A DNA stretch of 64,000 nt from Octopus vulgaris (GCA_951406725.2 OX597824.1:15190001-15254000); one strand, 5' to 3'; shown: positions 14,432 to 27,595, counted from the first letter of the stretch. Numbers and translations: made by a program. The notes: a model not told the origin generated them from the letters alone.

Positions 14432-14753
14432 CATAAATGAGGGCAAAGGAAAAAAATTCTAATGCCTGATATGCCGAAAAATTGGACATATTGTCCATTA
14501 ACCATATAATTTTTTCACAATACGCACGCTACTCGACCTTTTTTCGAAGTAGCGTGCGTATTGTGAAAAAACTATATGGTTAATGGACAATATGTCCAAT
14601 TTTTCGGCATATCAGGCATTAGAAATTTTTTCCTTTGCCCTCATTTATGAATTGTTTATAAATTTAACCGTTTAAGGTATTTTTTAATATGCTGGCCATT
14701 GATAAAATTTTTTTAGAGAAAATATTTTTTTCGAAAGAAATTCTATCCTCATT

Positions 14754-14757
<4 letters not shown>
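14428..14757 (+). mobile_element. Foldback (about 106-bp arms, 14428-14653) plus unique tail in (TA)n; probable PLE stub
   Basis: Near-perfect inverted repeat. The tail motif TAATATGCTGGCCATTG resembles the tail at 34203-34220. Confidence 0.7.
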
Positions 14758-14843
<86 letters not shown>

Positions 14844-15050
14844 AAATTATATATATATACACACACACATAATGTAAACGGTTATATATATACATACACA
14901 TACATACATATATATATACCTACCTACCTATATATATATAAATAATGTAAATGGTTATATATATATATTTACACATACATACTTACATATATACCTACCT
15001 ACCTACCTATATATATATATATACATACATACACATATATTACACTATAC

Positions 15051-15160
<110 letters not shown>

Positions 15161-15414
15161 TATACATACAGGCAGAGAGATAGACAGACATACGTACATA
15201 CATTGACATATAATATACATACGTGAATACACGAGCACGTATACATACTTATGCGTATCTTGACCTGTGAGAATTTAGTCCTGTATCATCGTTAGTACCA
15301 TCAACACATTACTGCAATGACCAATGTCATTACTAGTCTCCTCGTGAAGTACTTCTATCGCAATTAACACGTCCACCAGCACATTACCAACACCAAATGA
15401 ACGTCAGTACGGTA

Positions 15415-15538
15415 CCACCACCACAACCATCAACACCACCACCACCACCACCACCACCACCAACACCAACACCACACTACCACTACCACTACCACACGAC
15501 GGCGACCACCACCACCGCCGCCATCACTGCTGCTCCTG

Positions 15539-15576
<38 letters not shown>

Positions 15577-15648
15577 GCTACTACTACCACCACCACCACC
15601 ACTACACTTCCACCACCACCGCCGCCATCACTGCTGCTGCTGCTGCTG

Positions 15649-15684
<36 letters not shown>

Positions 15685-15994
15685 ATACTAATACTACTAC
15701 TACTACTACTACTATTTAAACTCCATTGCTTTAATACTACCACCACCACCACAACCTCCACCATAATCACTACAACCGTTCACAATTATCGCAACCACTA
15801 CAACCACCCCACCACCACCACCACCATTACCACAACCACCTACTACCACTATCACCAATATCATTTAAAGACCACTACCGCACTGCTACTACTACTACTA
15901 CTACTATTACTACTACTACTACAACTACTACTTATTATTATCATTATCATTATTGTTATTATTATTATTATTATTGCTATTATTGTTGTTGTTG

Positions 15995-16083
<89 letters not shown>

Positions 16084-16147
16084 GCTATTATTATTATTAT
16101 TATTATTATTATTATCATTATTATTATTATCATTATTATTATTATTA

Positions 16148-16181
<34 letters not shown>

Positions 16182-16207
16182 CATTATTATTATTATTATT
16201 ATTATTA

Positions 16208-16265
<58 letters not shown>

Positions 16266-16285
16266 TATTATTATTATTATTATTA
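15415..16285. repeat. Compound trinucleotide microsatellite (CCA/CTA/CTG/ATT)
   Basis: Direct reading. Confidence 0.95.
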
Positions 16286-16787
16286 TCGCAACACTAAAAG
16301 CATAAAGCATTAGCGTTCATTTATATTTGCAGAGATTTACAACATGGCTTTTAATTCTTCAACCACAAGAAGTCTCGAAAAAGTGGATTATTTAATGAAG
16401 CGGAGGAATTTAAGAGAGATCAGAAGATGATGGCCGGATTAAGAGTTCTAGAACTTTCGTGTCTGACTGGACAAACGGATCAGGTAAGCTTGGACGGACG
16501 CCTTATATGTTCTACTGGCAATTTTGGCAACGGACAGATCACTTGGTAAATATCACGACAACAATAATAATAATGTGACTGATTGACTGGCAGACGACCG
16601 CAGTCGTCTGCCAGTCTTTCTCTGTGTTCAGTCTATCAGTCTGTTTGCCTGGTTGTCTGTCTATTTTAGTCATTCACGTCAGACCGACACATCTGTCGCG
16701 TTGTCAACGCTGCACCTCACATCTTTTCAAATTTGTCATTCATAGACACGCTCAAACACATACATATAGATGCTTTCAAACACACGC

Positions 16788-16824
<37 letters not shown>

Positions 16825-16883
16825 CACACATACATACACACATACATACATACATACATACATACATACATAATTGTAGGCAA

Positions 16884-16953
<70 letters not shown>

Positions 16954-16976
16954 TTATCTATCCATCTATTTATCCG

Positions 16977-17041
<65 letters not shown>

Positions 17042-17084
17042 ATATCTATCTATCTATCTATCGAACTCTCTCTCTCTCTCTCTT

Positions 17085-17136
<52 letters not shown>

Positions 17137-17854
17137 TATATATATAAGCACTCGCATATACGGATATACATATAAAAGGACCTATACACACAGCCATGTA
17201 CACACACGTGTGTGCGTCTGTATGTGTGTGTGTTCATGTGTGCCTAAGTACAGCTATATGAAAGACGAAGGCACAAGATGTATGCGTATGTTTACCTGTG
17301 TTCGCGCGTGTATTCGATCTGTGTGTTTATTTTGCTGTCATTTTCGACTCAGCTGGAATGGTCTGATGGCCGAATATCAAAGACATTAGAAAAGTAAGAA
17401 ACACGATTGAGATGTTTGGAGAAAATTACCATCTAAGAACAATTTGGCTCGAAGCCAAAGTAACCTTAAGTTAACCAAAAGATGCATGAGAAGTCGAAGA
17501 AAAGAAAGGTACTTTGAGGTGGAGAAGAAGGAGGAGGAAGAGGAGGAAGGGGAGGGATGAAAGGAGGGAGAGTAGATGAGGAACAATGAGACGAGTAGTG
17601 GAAAAAGTAAGAGAGTGACAGAGAAAAATGGAAGATGTAAGTGCTGTAAAGAAGGTAGGAGTATCGGATTAGAAGGAGAATATATAAGCAATGAGAGAGT
17701 TGAAGCTAGAGGAAGGGGAAAAAATGGAGAGAAATCGGAAGGGCCAGGAGAAGGAGGAGGAAAATAAGTGAAGATAGATTAAGAGGTAAAAATATTGACT
17801 AAGCGAAAGAGAGAGAGAGAGAACGATTGATAGAGAGTGAGAGCGATTGGGAGA

Positions 17855-17899
<45 letters not shown>

Positions 17900-18298
17900 G
17901 AGGAGAGATAAAACGAAGGCAAGAACGATTAAATTAGCTGGAAAGTAAGAAAAATAGTTAATGGCGTCGTCAAATATAACATTTTCAAATGGTTCTGATA
18001 GTGGAGTGATTATTATTATTATTATTTTTTTTTTTTTGGCGGAGTGGTGGGGGTTGAAATATTGCCAAAAAGATCAGCTCAACTGTTATGAATTATTCAA
18101 TATATATATACATATGTTTTGTCTCTGTATTTGCTTTTTTTTTTTCATTTTTTTTTGTTACCAACTTACCTTACCTCGTGGGGTAATGAAAATTTCTCAA
18201 CTTTTGGAAATGTCAATGATTGTTGAGTTTTTAGTTGTTTAAATGTCGTAAGTTCGTAACCCACCGGTGGCACAGAATTTCTTCAAAGGCAAAATATA

Positions 18299-18329
<31 letters not shown>

Positions 18330-18984
18330 ATAGATAGATAGATAATATTTATAAAAAAAATGGTAAATAAATAAGAAGGAAATATCTGGGGGGAAATATA
18401 TGCTTAATAATTCAGAATATACAAGACGTAAAGAAGTATATTTGGTAAAACATACTACATCGAAGTAACAAATAGCAAGTGTCATCATTAGCTTACAAAA
18501 TTTACAATAGTAAATAGTTCAAATCTGACCGTGGAGTGCTGGAAATTTCACATACGTACATACATACGTACATACATACATACATACATACATACATACA
18601 TACATACATACATACATAGCTACCTGACTCGTAATTTGTATAGTGGGGTATAGTAGGCATGCACTTCTCTTCATTGTATATTTTGTTGACAACATCGAGG
18701 AAGTAAGTGGGTGATATTACGTGATAGAGTCAACCGGCTTACATAATGTCGACAATCCATTTAATGAAACCCGTGTATATTATATAAAACCTAAAATACC
18801 AATTCCGCTTTCTGTTTATTATTACTATAACGGCGTTCTTGGTCCCACATTTTATGATTATCATGAAACCATGCCGAGTATCGTGTGGAACGAACTAGCG
18901 ACCGAGCACAAACATTTTGGTAATGTATCGCGTCTTCAAACGCACTTTATAACACACACACACACACACACGCACACAGAGTTA

Positions 18985-19318
18985 CGAAAATAGCAAGAGT
19001 GAATGGTACCTCTCTAAGTGTAGACCTGTGAGTCGGAGAGAAGGAATTGGAGAGGGCACTTGCTCCTGGGGTTCCTGGGAAATCTCGGACATTGGGGGGT
19101 CCCCGATTATCCCTTGAAGCCTTCCTGTATCAGGAGGGCCACATCTTCTTCATCCACCCCGCCACTGCTATGCATATTCCCTTCTTTTTCAGTGTATGCC
19201 GTGTATACTTTCTTTTTTTTTCTTTTTGTAATTTCATTATATGTAAACTCCCACACTTTACGTCTGTCTTTGTATTGTGTCCCTTATCCTTCGCCCTTGT
19301 GGCAAATAAATGAAATTA
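18985..19318 (+). mobile_element. Probable LINE 3' end (L1/Tx1-like ORF2 stop and 3' UTR)
   Basis: Short reading frame ending NGTSLSVDL*, then a UTR-like stretch ending AATAAATGAA directly before (ATT)n. Family assignment is tentative. Confidence 0.35.
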
Positions 19319-19338
19319 TTATTATTATTATTATTATT

Positions 19339-19687
19339 CAGTAGTTTTATTTTTATAGCGTGCTTTCACTTCACTACCGAGCGCAGCTCTGTGTGCCTTG
19401 GGTATGTGCTATGATTTGTTGTGATGCTCTGATGGTTATTGTATGGAAAGTGTTCTGCGTAGGATGTGTGCAGTGCCTAGTATTGCAATTTTCTGTATGT
19501 TATATGTGTTTGTAAGTCCTGGTGTTTTTGTTATGTATTTGTCTGAATATTTTTTATCATGCCTAATGCACCTACTATGATAGGAATTGTTTCTGTTTTC
19601 AGATTCCACATCCTAGTTACCTCTATTTCCAGGTCTTTGTATTTTGAGAGTTTCTCCATTTCTTTTAGAGACACGTTGTCATCTGCC

Positions 19688-19688
<1 letters not shown>
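19339..19688 (-). mobile_element. 5'-truncated R4/Dong-clade retrotransposon (RLE C-terminus and 3' UTR) in (TAA)n
   Basis: DDNVSLKEMEKLSKYKDLEIEVTRMWNLKTETIPIIVGALG..IQKIAILGTAHILRRTLSIQ*, stop at 19436-19438. TAA repeats on both sides match the known Dong target. Confidence 0.85.
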
Positions 19689-19754
<66 letters not shown>

Positions 19755-19957
19755 CATTATTATTATTATTATTGTTTATGGGTTTTTCTTCTTCTTTCAA
19801 ATTTGCTTCCATTTCTTGCCGAGTGTCTTCCCGACTCCTAGCGCAAAGAAACTCATGGTATACATTGGTAGGCCATTAAACTAAACTCACTAGTTCGTTC
19901 ATTTTTTATAGAAATAAAGTTAAATTAAAATACATGGGTAGTAATAGTTCTCACTAC

Positions 19958-20031
<74 letters not shown>

Positions 20032-20065
20032 TATTACTATTATTACTATTATAATAATAATTATT

Positions 20066-20577
20066 ATTGAATGAGAGATCAATGCATGCCATCAAAATGA
20101 CACTAGTGTACAAATATACGAAAGCCCAGTATACCCATCATGACTACCCGTCTGATAAGGGTACACCAGGCACATGCATCACACCTATATGTGCACGACA
20201 TGGTAATCTCATATCAGGATAAACAGTGCATGACCTTGCAGGTAGTGCTCAGTTAAAATTTTCTTCAGGTCGAGTAGCCCATCCTGCTTAGAAGGTCCCT
20301 GAATAAGGTTTGTTTAAGGATGATGAACGAAACACCCATCTTTCCCGGGGCGAATTATTCAAACCCAAAAGAATTCCTCTCAACACATGGTTATGATGCT
20401 CCCCCACTACTTCTGCTCGTGATCGGAGATGCATATATTGTCAACCACTAAGGGATATGGTCAACTCGTTAAGGTCAAGCAACTGATAAGCAAATCTTTG
20501 GTATTGAGCAGAATATTTGCTGTAGCCTATCTTTTATACAATGACAAAGCATGTACATGATAACAATTCCAATCAGA
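20066..20577. mobile_element. Unclassified repeat adjoining (TAA)n
   Basis: Balanced-composition block starting abruptly at the TAA tract, with no motif recognised. Repeat status is inferred only. Confidence 0.3.
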
Positions 20578-20898
20578 TTATTCGACGTGACTTACGTTTG
20601 GCTTTATTCTTGGTAGAATTTATGTGGGCAGCGGGTTACTATATGTAACCTTAGATATCTACCAGCTTTCAGTAAACTTTTAAGTGCTCAAAACCCTTCT
20701 GATAAACTTCCCTGTTCCTAACTTTCTGTAGAATCTCTACAGGACATTCCATTCCTATTTCCTTCAACTAGTTGTCTATATCATTACTCACAGTCCGCAA
20801 TGCACCAATTTTTACAGGCACAACTTTACAAGTTTCATATTCAAAATTCTCGCAATTTCGAATTTTAAGGGATTGTAGATTTTTTTAATGTTTCGCCT

Positions 20899-21113
20899 TA
20901 CTCTTTTACTCTTTTACTCTTTTACTTGTTTCAGTCATTTCACTGTGGCCATGCTGGTGCACCGCCTTTAGTCGAGTAAATCGACACCAGGTCTTATTCT
21001 TTGAAGCCTAGTACTTATTCTATCGGTCTCTTTTGCCGAACCGCTAAGTTATGGGGACGTAAACACACCACCATCGGTTGTCAAGTGATGTTAGGGGGAC
21101 AAACACAGACACA

Positions 21114-21153
<40 letters not shown>

Positions 21154-21313
21154 TATAGACGACGGGCTTCTTTCAGTTTCCGTCTACCAAATCCACTCAC
21201 AAGGGTTTGTTCGGCCCGAGGCTATAGTAGAAGACACTTGGCCAAGGTGGCACGCAGTGGGAATGAACCCGGAACTATGTGTTTGGTAGGTAAGCTACTT
21301 ACCACACAGCCAC
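20899..21313 (-). mobile_element. SINE family A
   Basis: Three TACTCTTT tail units, body, and head to CACACAGCCACT. Confidence 0.9.
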
Positions 21314-21353
21314 TCAACATGGTCTCTTTGAATTCTATTCTTGCCCTTTTCAA

Positions 21354-21540
21354 GGCGGCGAGCTGGTAGAAACGTTAGTACGTTTTTCGTCCTTACGTTA
21401 TGAGTTCAAATTCCGCCGAGGTCGACTTTGCCTTTCATCCTTTCAGGGTCGATAAATTAAGTACCGGTTGCGTACTGGGGTCGATCTAATCGACTGGCAC
21501 CCTCCCACCAAATTTCGGGCCTTGTGCCTAGAGTAGAAAA
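21354..21540 (+). mobile_element. SINE family B (tail-2) with 16-bp TSD
   Basis: TATTCTTGCCCTTTTC at 21336-21351 and 21541-21556. Confidence 0.9.
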
Positions 21541-21637
21541 TATTCTTGCCCTTTTCTCCTATTCTACACTTGATCACTATTTTTTATTGACTGCCTTTGG
21601 TAATTTCACGTGTACACACTCTTCCATAACAATTACG

Positions 21638-21754
21638 CCGAAAGGATGAAAGGCAAAGTCGACCTCGGCGGAATTTGAACTCGGAATGTGAAGACGAACG
21701 AAATGCCGCTAAGTATTTTGATCTGAGTGCTAACGATTCTGCCAACCCGATACC

Positions 21755-21842
<88 letters not shown>

Positions 21843-22063
21843 TACTCCTTTATGCTATTGGCACAAGGGCCTGAAATCGTGGGGGGGAAGGGGGATAGTC
21901 GATTACATCGACCCCTGTGGCTCACTGGTACTTAATTTATCGATCTCGAAAGGATGAAAGGCAAAGTCGACCTCGACGGAATTTGAACTTAGAGCGTAAG
22001 GACGGACAAAATGCCGCAAAGCATTTCGCCCGGCTTGCTAACGATTCTGCCAGCTCACCACCT
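21638..22063 (-). mobile_element. Two SINE-B copies (21638-21755 partial; 21845-22063) separated by (AAT)n
   Basis: Meta-like domain and head on the minus strand. Confidence 0.8.
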
Positions 22064-22649
22064 TATACAATAGTAATAAGAATCTGGCTTCCTGATGGTT
22101 TGAGGATCCAGTAATAAAAATTAGTCTGAAATCTTTTATGTATTCTCTTCAGTGAAGGCCGTAGACTATTATTTATATACGTCTGAAATACATGACTTCA
22201 ACAGCTGTGAAATGAGTTGTGTCGCTAACCAAAAGTCAAGCCAAATCTGTCTGTTTAAGATCTCAGCGCCTACCTTCCCCCTGGTGCTATATACCACGAG
22301 ACCAGCACTACCAAAAAAAAAATAAAATAAAAAAATATAAATAAATAAAATAAATACAAAAACAAAAAAGAAACAAAAAAAAAATGTAGCTGTCATGTCT
22401 ACTTGGTGAGAAATAGCTGGGTGTCATGTTCAGACCGTGCCTTTTCACCGCCGTGCCTAATGAGGTGTGAAAACTAACGTCGGAATTAGCAGAGCCTCAT
22501 CATGGTCAGACGGCTTTTTGGTCAATTGTTGTATTGAAATAGCTGCAACCATAGAATTCCGGAACATTGTCCAGATATCTGTGACACTTGCATTCTGATG
22601 GCTACTTGGCTTGCTGTCCACTGCTGGGGGATGGTGGGGGGGAGAAGGC

Positions 22650-22680
<31 letters not shown>

Positions 22681-22739
22681 GATGTAAGCTGGAGCAATTT
22701 TCGGTTGGAGAAAATTCCTGGTTTTGTTCCCAGTACTAC

Positions 22740-22742
22740 ACG

Positions 22743-22785
<43 letters not shown>

Positions 22786-23450
22786 ACACACACAAGCCCA
22801 CGCACACACATCGGCGCGCGCACAAAGACACACAAGCACATGCGCAAACAGATAAGCACACACACACACACACGCACACAAGCACACATACGAGCGCACA
22901 CACGCACACACACGTACACGCACACACACACACACACGCACACACACACACACAAAAGATACAAGCACATACACACACACACATAAATACACACAAGCGC
23001 ACACACATAAATACACACACTCGCGCGCGCGCACACAAAGACACACGAGCACATAAGCACACACACATGCAAGCACAAATGCGCGCACACACAAACACAC
23101 ACACACACAAAATATACAATCACACACATACATAGATACATACAACACACACACACACACACACACTCAAGCACACATACGCGCACACACACACACAAAA
23201 GACACAAGCATACATGCACACATAAATACACACAAGCACACACTCGTAAATACACACACACTCGCGCGCGCGCGCACAAAGACACACGAGCACATAAGCA
23301 CACACACACACGCAAGCACAAATGCGCGCACACACAAACACACACACACACACACACACACATACAAAATATACAATCACACACACACACATAGATACAT
23401 ACAAGAACACACACACACACACACACACATACACACACACACATACACAC
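22740..23450. repeat. Degenerate (CA)n block containing a ~190-bp internal duplication
   Basis: About 22980-23155 recurs at about 23218-23410 (CATAAATACACACAAGC..AAAATATACAATCAC..ATAGATACATACAA). Confidence 0.8.
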
Positions 23451-23679
23451 TTGTACCGACACATAAGGCGCTTGTATAACATGAAGAAATTTGTGTGTGT
23501 GTGCGTAGTGTATATATATGTGAGAATGTGTGCGAGTGTGCGTATAGTGCGAGTGCGCATGCGCGTGTGTGTTTCTGTTTGAAAACAAAAAAAAAACTGA
23601 ACCAAAGAATATGTGTTAGTGTGTATTCATGTCAGTAAATACGTATATGTACATAGGTATATATACATACATACGTATA

Positions 23680-23770
23680 TAACGGGAAGCTTTATGAAAA
23701 TAAACAAAAGACGAAGGCAGGTGGAAAACAAACGAACAATTGTATTAGTATGGCGCTCAGGAAATATAAA
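23680..23770 (-). mobile_element. PLE-like 3' tail stub
   Basis: Reverse complement of 63052-63119; shares TTCCTGAGCG..TAATAC with other stubs. Confidence 0.65.
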
Positions 23771-23869
23771 TAAAACATATATATCGTTGCTATTATGATA
23801 AACTGTCGTATGTCTAAATTTGACCAAATGCGTTTTTTTTTTATTTTTTCAATATTTATTTTTGCTTAA

Positions 23870-24290
23870 GGCGGCGAGTTGGCAGAAACGTTAGCACGCC
23901 GGGCGAAATGCGTAGCTATATTTCGTCTGCCGTTACGTTCCGAGTTCAAATTCCGCCGAGGTCGACTTTGCCTTTCATACTGTCGGGGTCGATTAAATAA
24001 GTACCAGTTACGCACTGGGGTCGATGTAATCGACTTAACCCGTTTGTCTGTCCATGTTTGTCCCCTCTGTGTTTAGCCCCTTGTGGGTAATAAAGAAATA
24101 GGTATTTCGTCTGCCGTTACGTTCTGAGTTCAAATTCCGCCGAGGTCGACTTTGCCTTTCATCCTTTCGGGGTCGATTAAATGAAGTACCAGTTACGCAT
24201 TGGGGTCGATGTAATCGACTTAATCCGTTTGTCTGTCCCATGTTTGTACCCTCTGTGTTTAGCCCCTTGTGGGTAGTTAAGAAATAGGTA
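23870..24290 (+). mobile_element. SINE family B, head plus two 184-bp units
   Basis: Junction AAAGAAATA|GGTATTTCG at 24100/24101. Confidence 0.9.
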
Positions 24291-24299
24291 TATTTCAAA

Positions 24300-24501
24300 A
24301 TGTGACCTCGTGTGTACCGTTGGCGATTTTTTTCCCTCTGTCTTCCCTTCTCGGGATCTTTCCTTCTCCTATGTTTCCGACGAAGAGCTCCGCTCGAAAC
24401 GTTAAGCCCTCCTTCTTCCCTTCTTTCCTGAGCGTCTAATAATACTATATTTGTTCCACGTCCTCGCGTTGTTGTGTTTTGTTGTGTTTTCTTGTTTGGA
24501 T

Positions 24502-24505
<4 letters not shown>
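24300..24505 (+). mobile_element. PLE-like end fragment with variant hammerhead motif (24373-24406)
   Basis: CCGACGA-AGAGC-UCC-GCUC-GAAAC-GUUA with palindromic AACGUU; the tail runs into (TA)n. Confidence 0.7.
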
Positions 24506-24565
<60 letters not shown>

Positions 24566-24934
24566 TTTTTACCATTTTTTTACCATTTTTTACCCCTCTG
24601 CGAAAAGATCTCAGAATTTTAATTGATTTGCTTTTCGCAGGAAGGAAAGTTTCTTGTCGAAGATACGTCTCGCTTTTATCCTTCGAAACGTAGAGTAGAT
24701 GAAACCATAACGACTGAAGAAGGGTTTTTTTCTTTGTGTTAATTGTCCTGTACTCTATTTTTTTTGTTGTTTTTTAAAAAATGTCCAGTTCCTTTGGTTT
24801 GTGTCTATGTTTTCGTTTCTCTTTGTGTTCGACGTCCCTTTGGTGTCCTGTACTCATATATGCCTGTATATGTACATGTAGAGGTAGGTACGTACATATA
24901 TTTTTATATATATGCATATGTTTTATTTCATTTA

Positions 24935-24982
<48 letters not shown>

Positions 24983-25920
24983 CATGTATGTGCGTGTGTT
25001 TGTGCATATATTAATAATTAATAATATTAAAAACTAAGTGTTCCGCAGATGAATGATGAAAGCGACTGAAATCAAAAGGCAAGGAGTTAAAAATTAAACA
25101 TTAAAAGCTATGTATCAAGCTGTACATGAAAGCTATGTATAAAAGCAAGCAGAAGAACATAAATGGCAGGGATGGTATGTACGTGAGATTGAAGGAATAA
25201 CGTGTTAGATAAAGAAGCAGTGTAGTAATATGCTGTATAAAGCAAACTAAATAATTATATGGATATTTAAAACTATTATTTTTAGAATTAAAAAAATATA
25301 ATATTAAAGAGCAATAAAAAGGGGAAAAAAACTTAATTTAAATTTAAATTTAAATACAAATTTAAAATATAAACAGTTGAAAATAAAGCTGTATGGAGGT
25401 GATACAAAATGACAGACAGATCGTGTAATTCAAGAAAACGGGGTGGTCATATGAGGTATAAAGGTTACTAACCAATTATTTAGAAAAGAAAGAAAAATGT
25501 TCTACATTTAACAATTTTAAAAGGAACAATAAAAATAAAAGACAGGAAAATACATTATTTAAAAACAAGAAGTTATCGTAAGAAAAAAACGAAAGTAAGT
25601 GAATATAGTGAATCTAATTAAATTAAAAATTGTATTGAATTAAATAAATTGAAGGAAGCTTTATTTTCAAGGTGAGGGTAAGTATGGAAGGTTCGATGTT
25701 AAAAGTACAAAGTTCAAATATTTAGAGGTCATGGAGTGCTTATTTTCACATACTCATCTTCTACCTTTTCTCTCTGTTTTCCAGGCGTTCATTTTCCTTC
25801 GTATTCTACTTCCAGTTCATCACTTCTAGTTTTCTTAAGGTCTCATCTCTGTCTCTATTTGTCCCCTTTTTCTCATTACCTCTCCAACCCCTATATACAT
25901 ATTTTCCATTATCGCTAATT

Positions 25921-26178
25921 TTTATATGTTTCAGTCATTGGGGCAGCACAGCCTTCAAGGGTCCAATTGAACAAATCGACCCCAGTACTTATACTTACTG
26001 TTTGCTACTTTTCTGACGGACTTCTTGGTTGAACTAGTAAGTTACGGTAAACGAGTGGCTGTGTGGTAAGAAGCTTGCTTCCCAACCACATGGTTCTGGG
26101 TTCAGTTCTTCTACTATAGCTTCGGACCGACCAGAGCATTGTGAGTGGATTTGGTAGACGGAAAGTGAATGAAGCCTC

Positions 26179-26227
<49 letters not shown>

Positions 26228-26246
26228 GGTGGGTATATCTATATCT

Positions 26247-26295
<49 letters not shown>

Positions 26296-26762
26296 TGTAT
26301 GTATTTGTGTGTCTGTGCTTATTCCCCACCGTCGCTTGACAACCGATTTTGATGTGTCTGCGTCCCCGTAACTTAGCGGTTCGGAAAAAGAGAGATCGAT
26401 AGAATAAGTGCTAGGCTTACAAAGAATAAGTCCTGAGGTCGATTTCTTCGATTAAAGGCGATGCTCCCGCATGGCCGCAGTCAAATGACTGAAACAAGTA
26501 AAAGAATAAAAAGAAAAACGAGCCAATAATGACTGTGAAACAGTAGGGACACAAACACGCACAGATACACACACGGACTCACACATGGACATACGACGGG
26601 CTTCCACGCAGTTTCCGTCTACCAAATTCACTCATATGTCATTAGTCGACCCTGGGTTATTGTAGAAGTCACTTGCACTTGTCAAGATGCCCCGTAGTTG
26701 TACCGAAAGTGAAACTAAGTTGTAAAGCGGGTTTTTAACCACAGGCCTCTTGTCTGCGCCTA
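25921..26762. mobile_element. Old SINE-A (-) interrupted by a younger SINE-A (+, 26052-26515)
   Basis: The old copy's halves are collinear on either side. AAACGAG is repeated at both junctions. Confidence 0.75.
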
Positions 26763-26920
26763 TTTTTCGAATGAATCCCGTTGCAATTCAAACGTACGAA
26801 GAAACTCCTTTTTAAAGAAATTCCCATTTCTTACTCCTTCTCTATGTACTGGATACCTTTCTCCAAGTTTTCCATATGCGAATTTCATAACTTTATACTT
26901 TCTAACTTGATCATATTTCT

Positions 26921-27521
26921 TATTTCTTTACTGCCCACAAGGGAGCTAAACACAGAGGGGATAAACAAGGACGGACAAACGGATTAAGTCGATTATATTG
27001 ACCCCAGTGCGTAAATGGTACTTATTTAATCGACCCTGAAAGGATGAAAGGCAAAGTCGACCTCGGTGGAATTTTAACTCAGAACGTAACGGCAGACGAA
27101 ATACCTATTTCTTTACTACCCACAAGGGGCTAAACACAGAGGGTATAAACAAGGACAGACAAACGGATTAAGTCGATTATATCGACCCCAGTGCGTAACT
27201 GGTACTTAATTTATCGACCTCGAAAGGATGAAAGGCAAAGTCGATCTCGGCGGAATTTGAACTCAGAACGTAGCGGCAGACGAAATACCTATTTCTTTAT
27301 TACCCACAATGGGCTAAACACAGAGGGGACAAACAAGGACAGAAAAACGGATTAAGTCGATTATATCGACCCCATTGCGTAACTGGTACTTATTTAATCG
27401 ACCCCGAAAGGAAGGAAGGCAAAGTCGACCTCGGTGGAATTTGAACTCAGAACGTAACGGCAGACGAAATACCGCTAAGCATTTCGCCCGGTGTGCTAAC
27501 GTTTCTGCCAGCTCGCCGCCT
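26921..27521 (-). mobile_element. SINE family B, head plus three ~184-bp units
   Basis: Units 26921-27105, 27106-27289 and 27290-27473; head to 27521. Confidence 0.92.
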
Positions 27522-27595
27522 TTCTTTTCCTAATCGCTGGATAAGATCAAGAGAACGATACATACAGTAGTATGTCGTAAATTATCAAACACGTT

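Noticed and set aside
24595-24700. Additional hammerhead (GAAACGUA at about 24684)
   Set aside because: No properly placed CUGANGA. Only a CTGCGAAAAG/CTTTTCGCAG hairpin is evident.
26921-27521. CRISPR-like regular array
   Set aside because: Units are near-identical over their whole 184 bp with no unique spacers, carry Pol III B boxes, and there are no cas genes. The context is eukaryotic.
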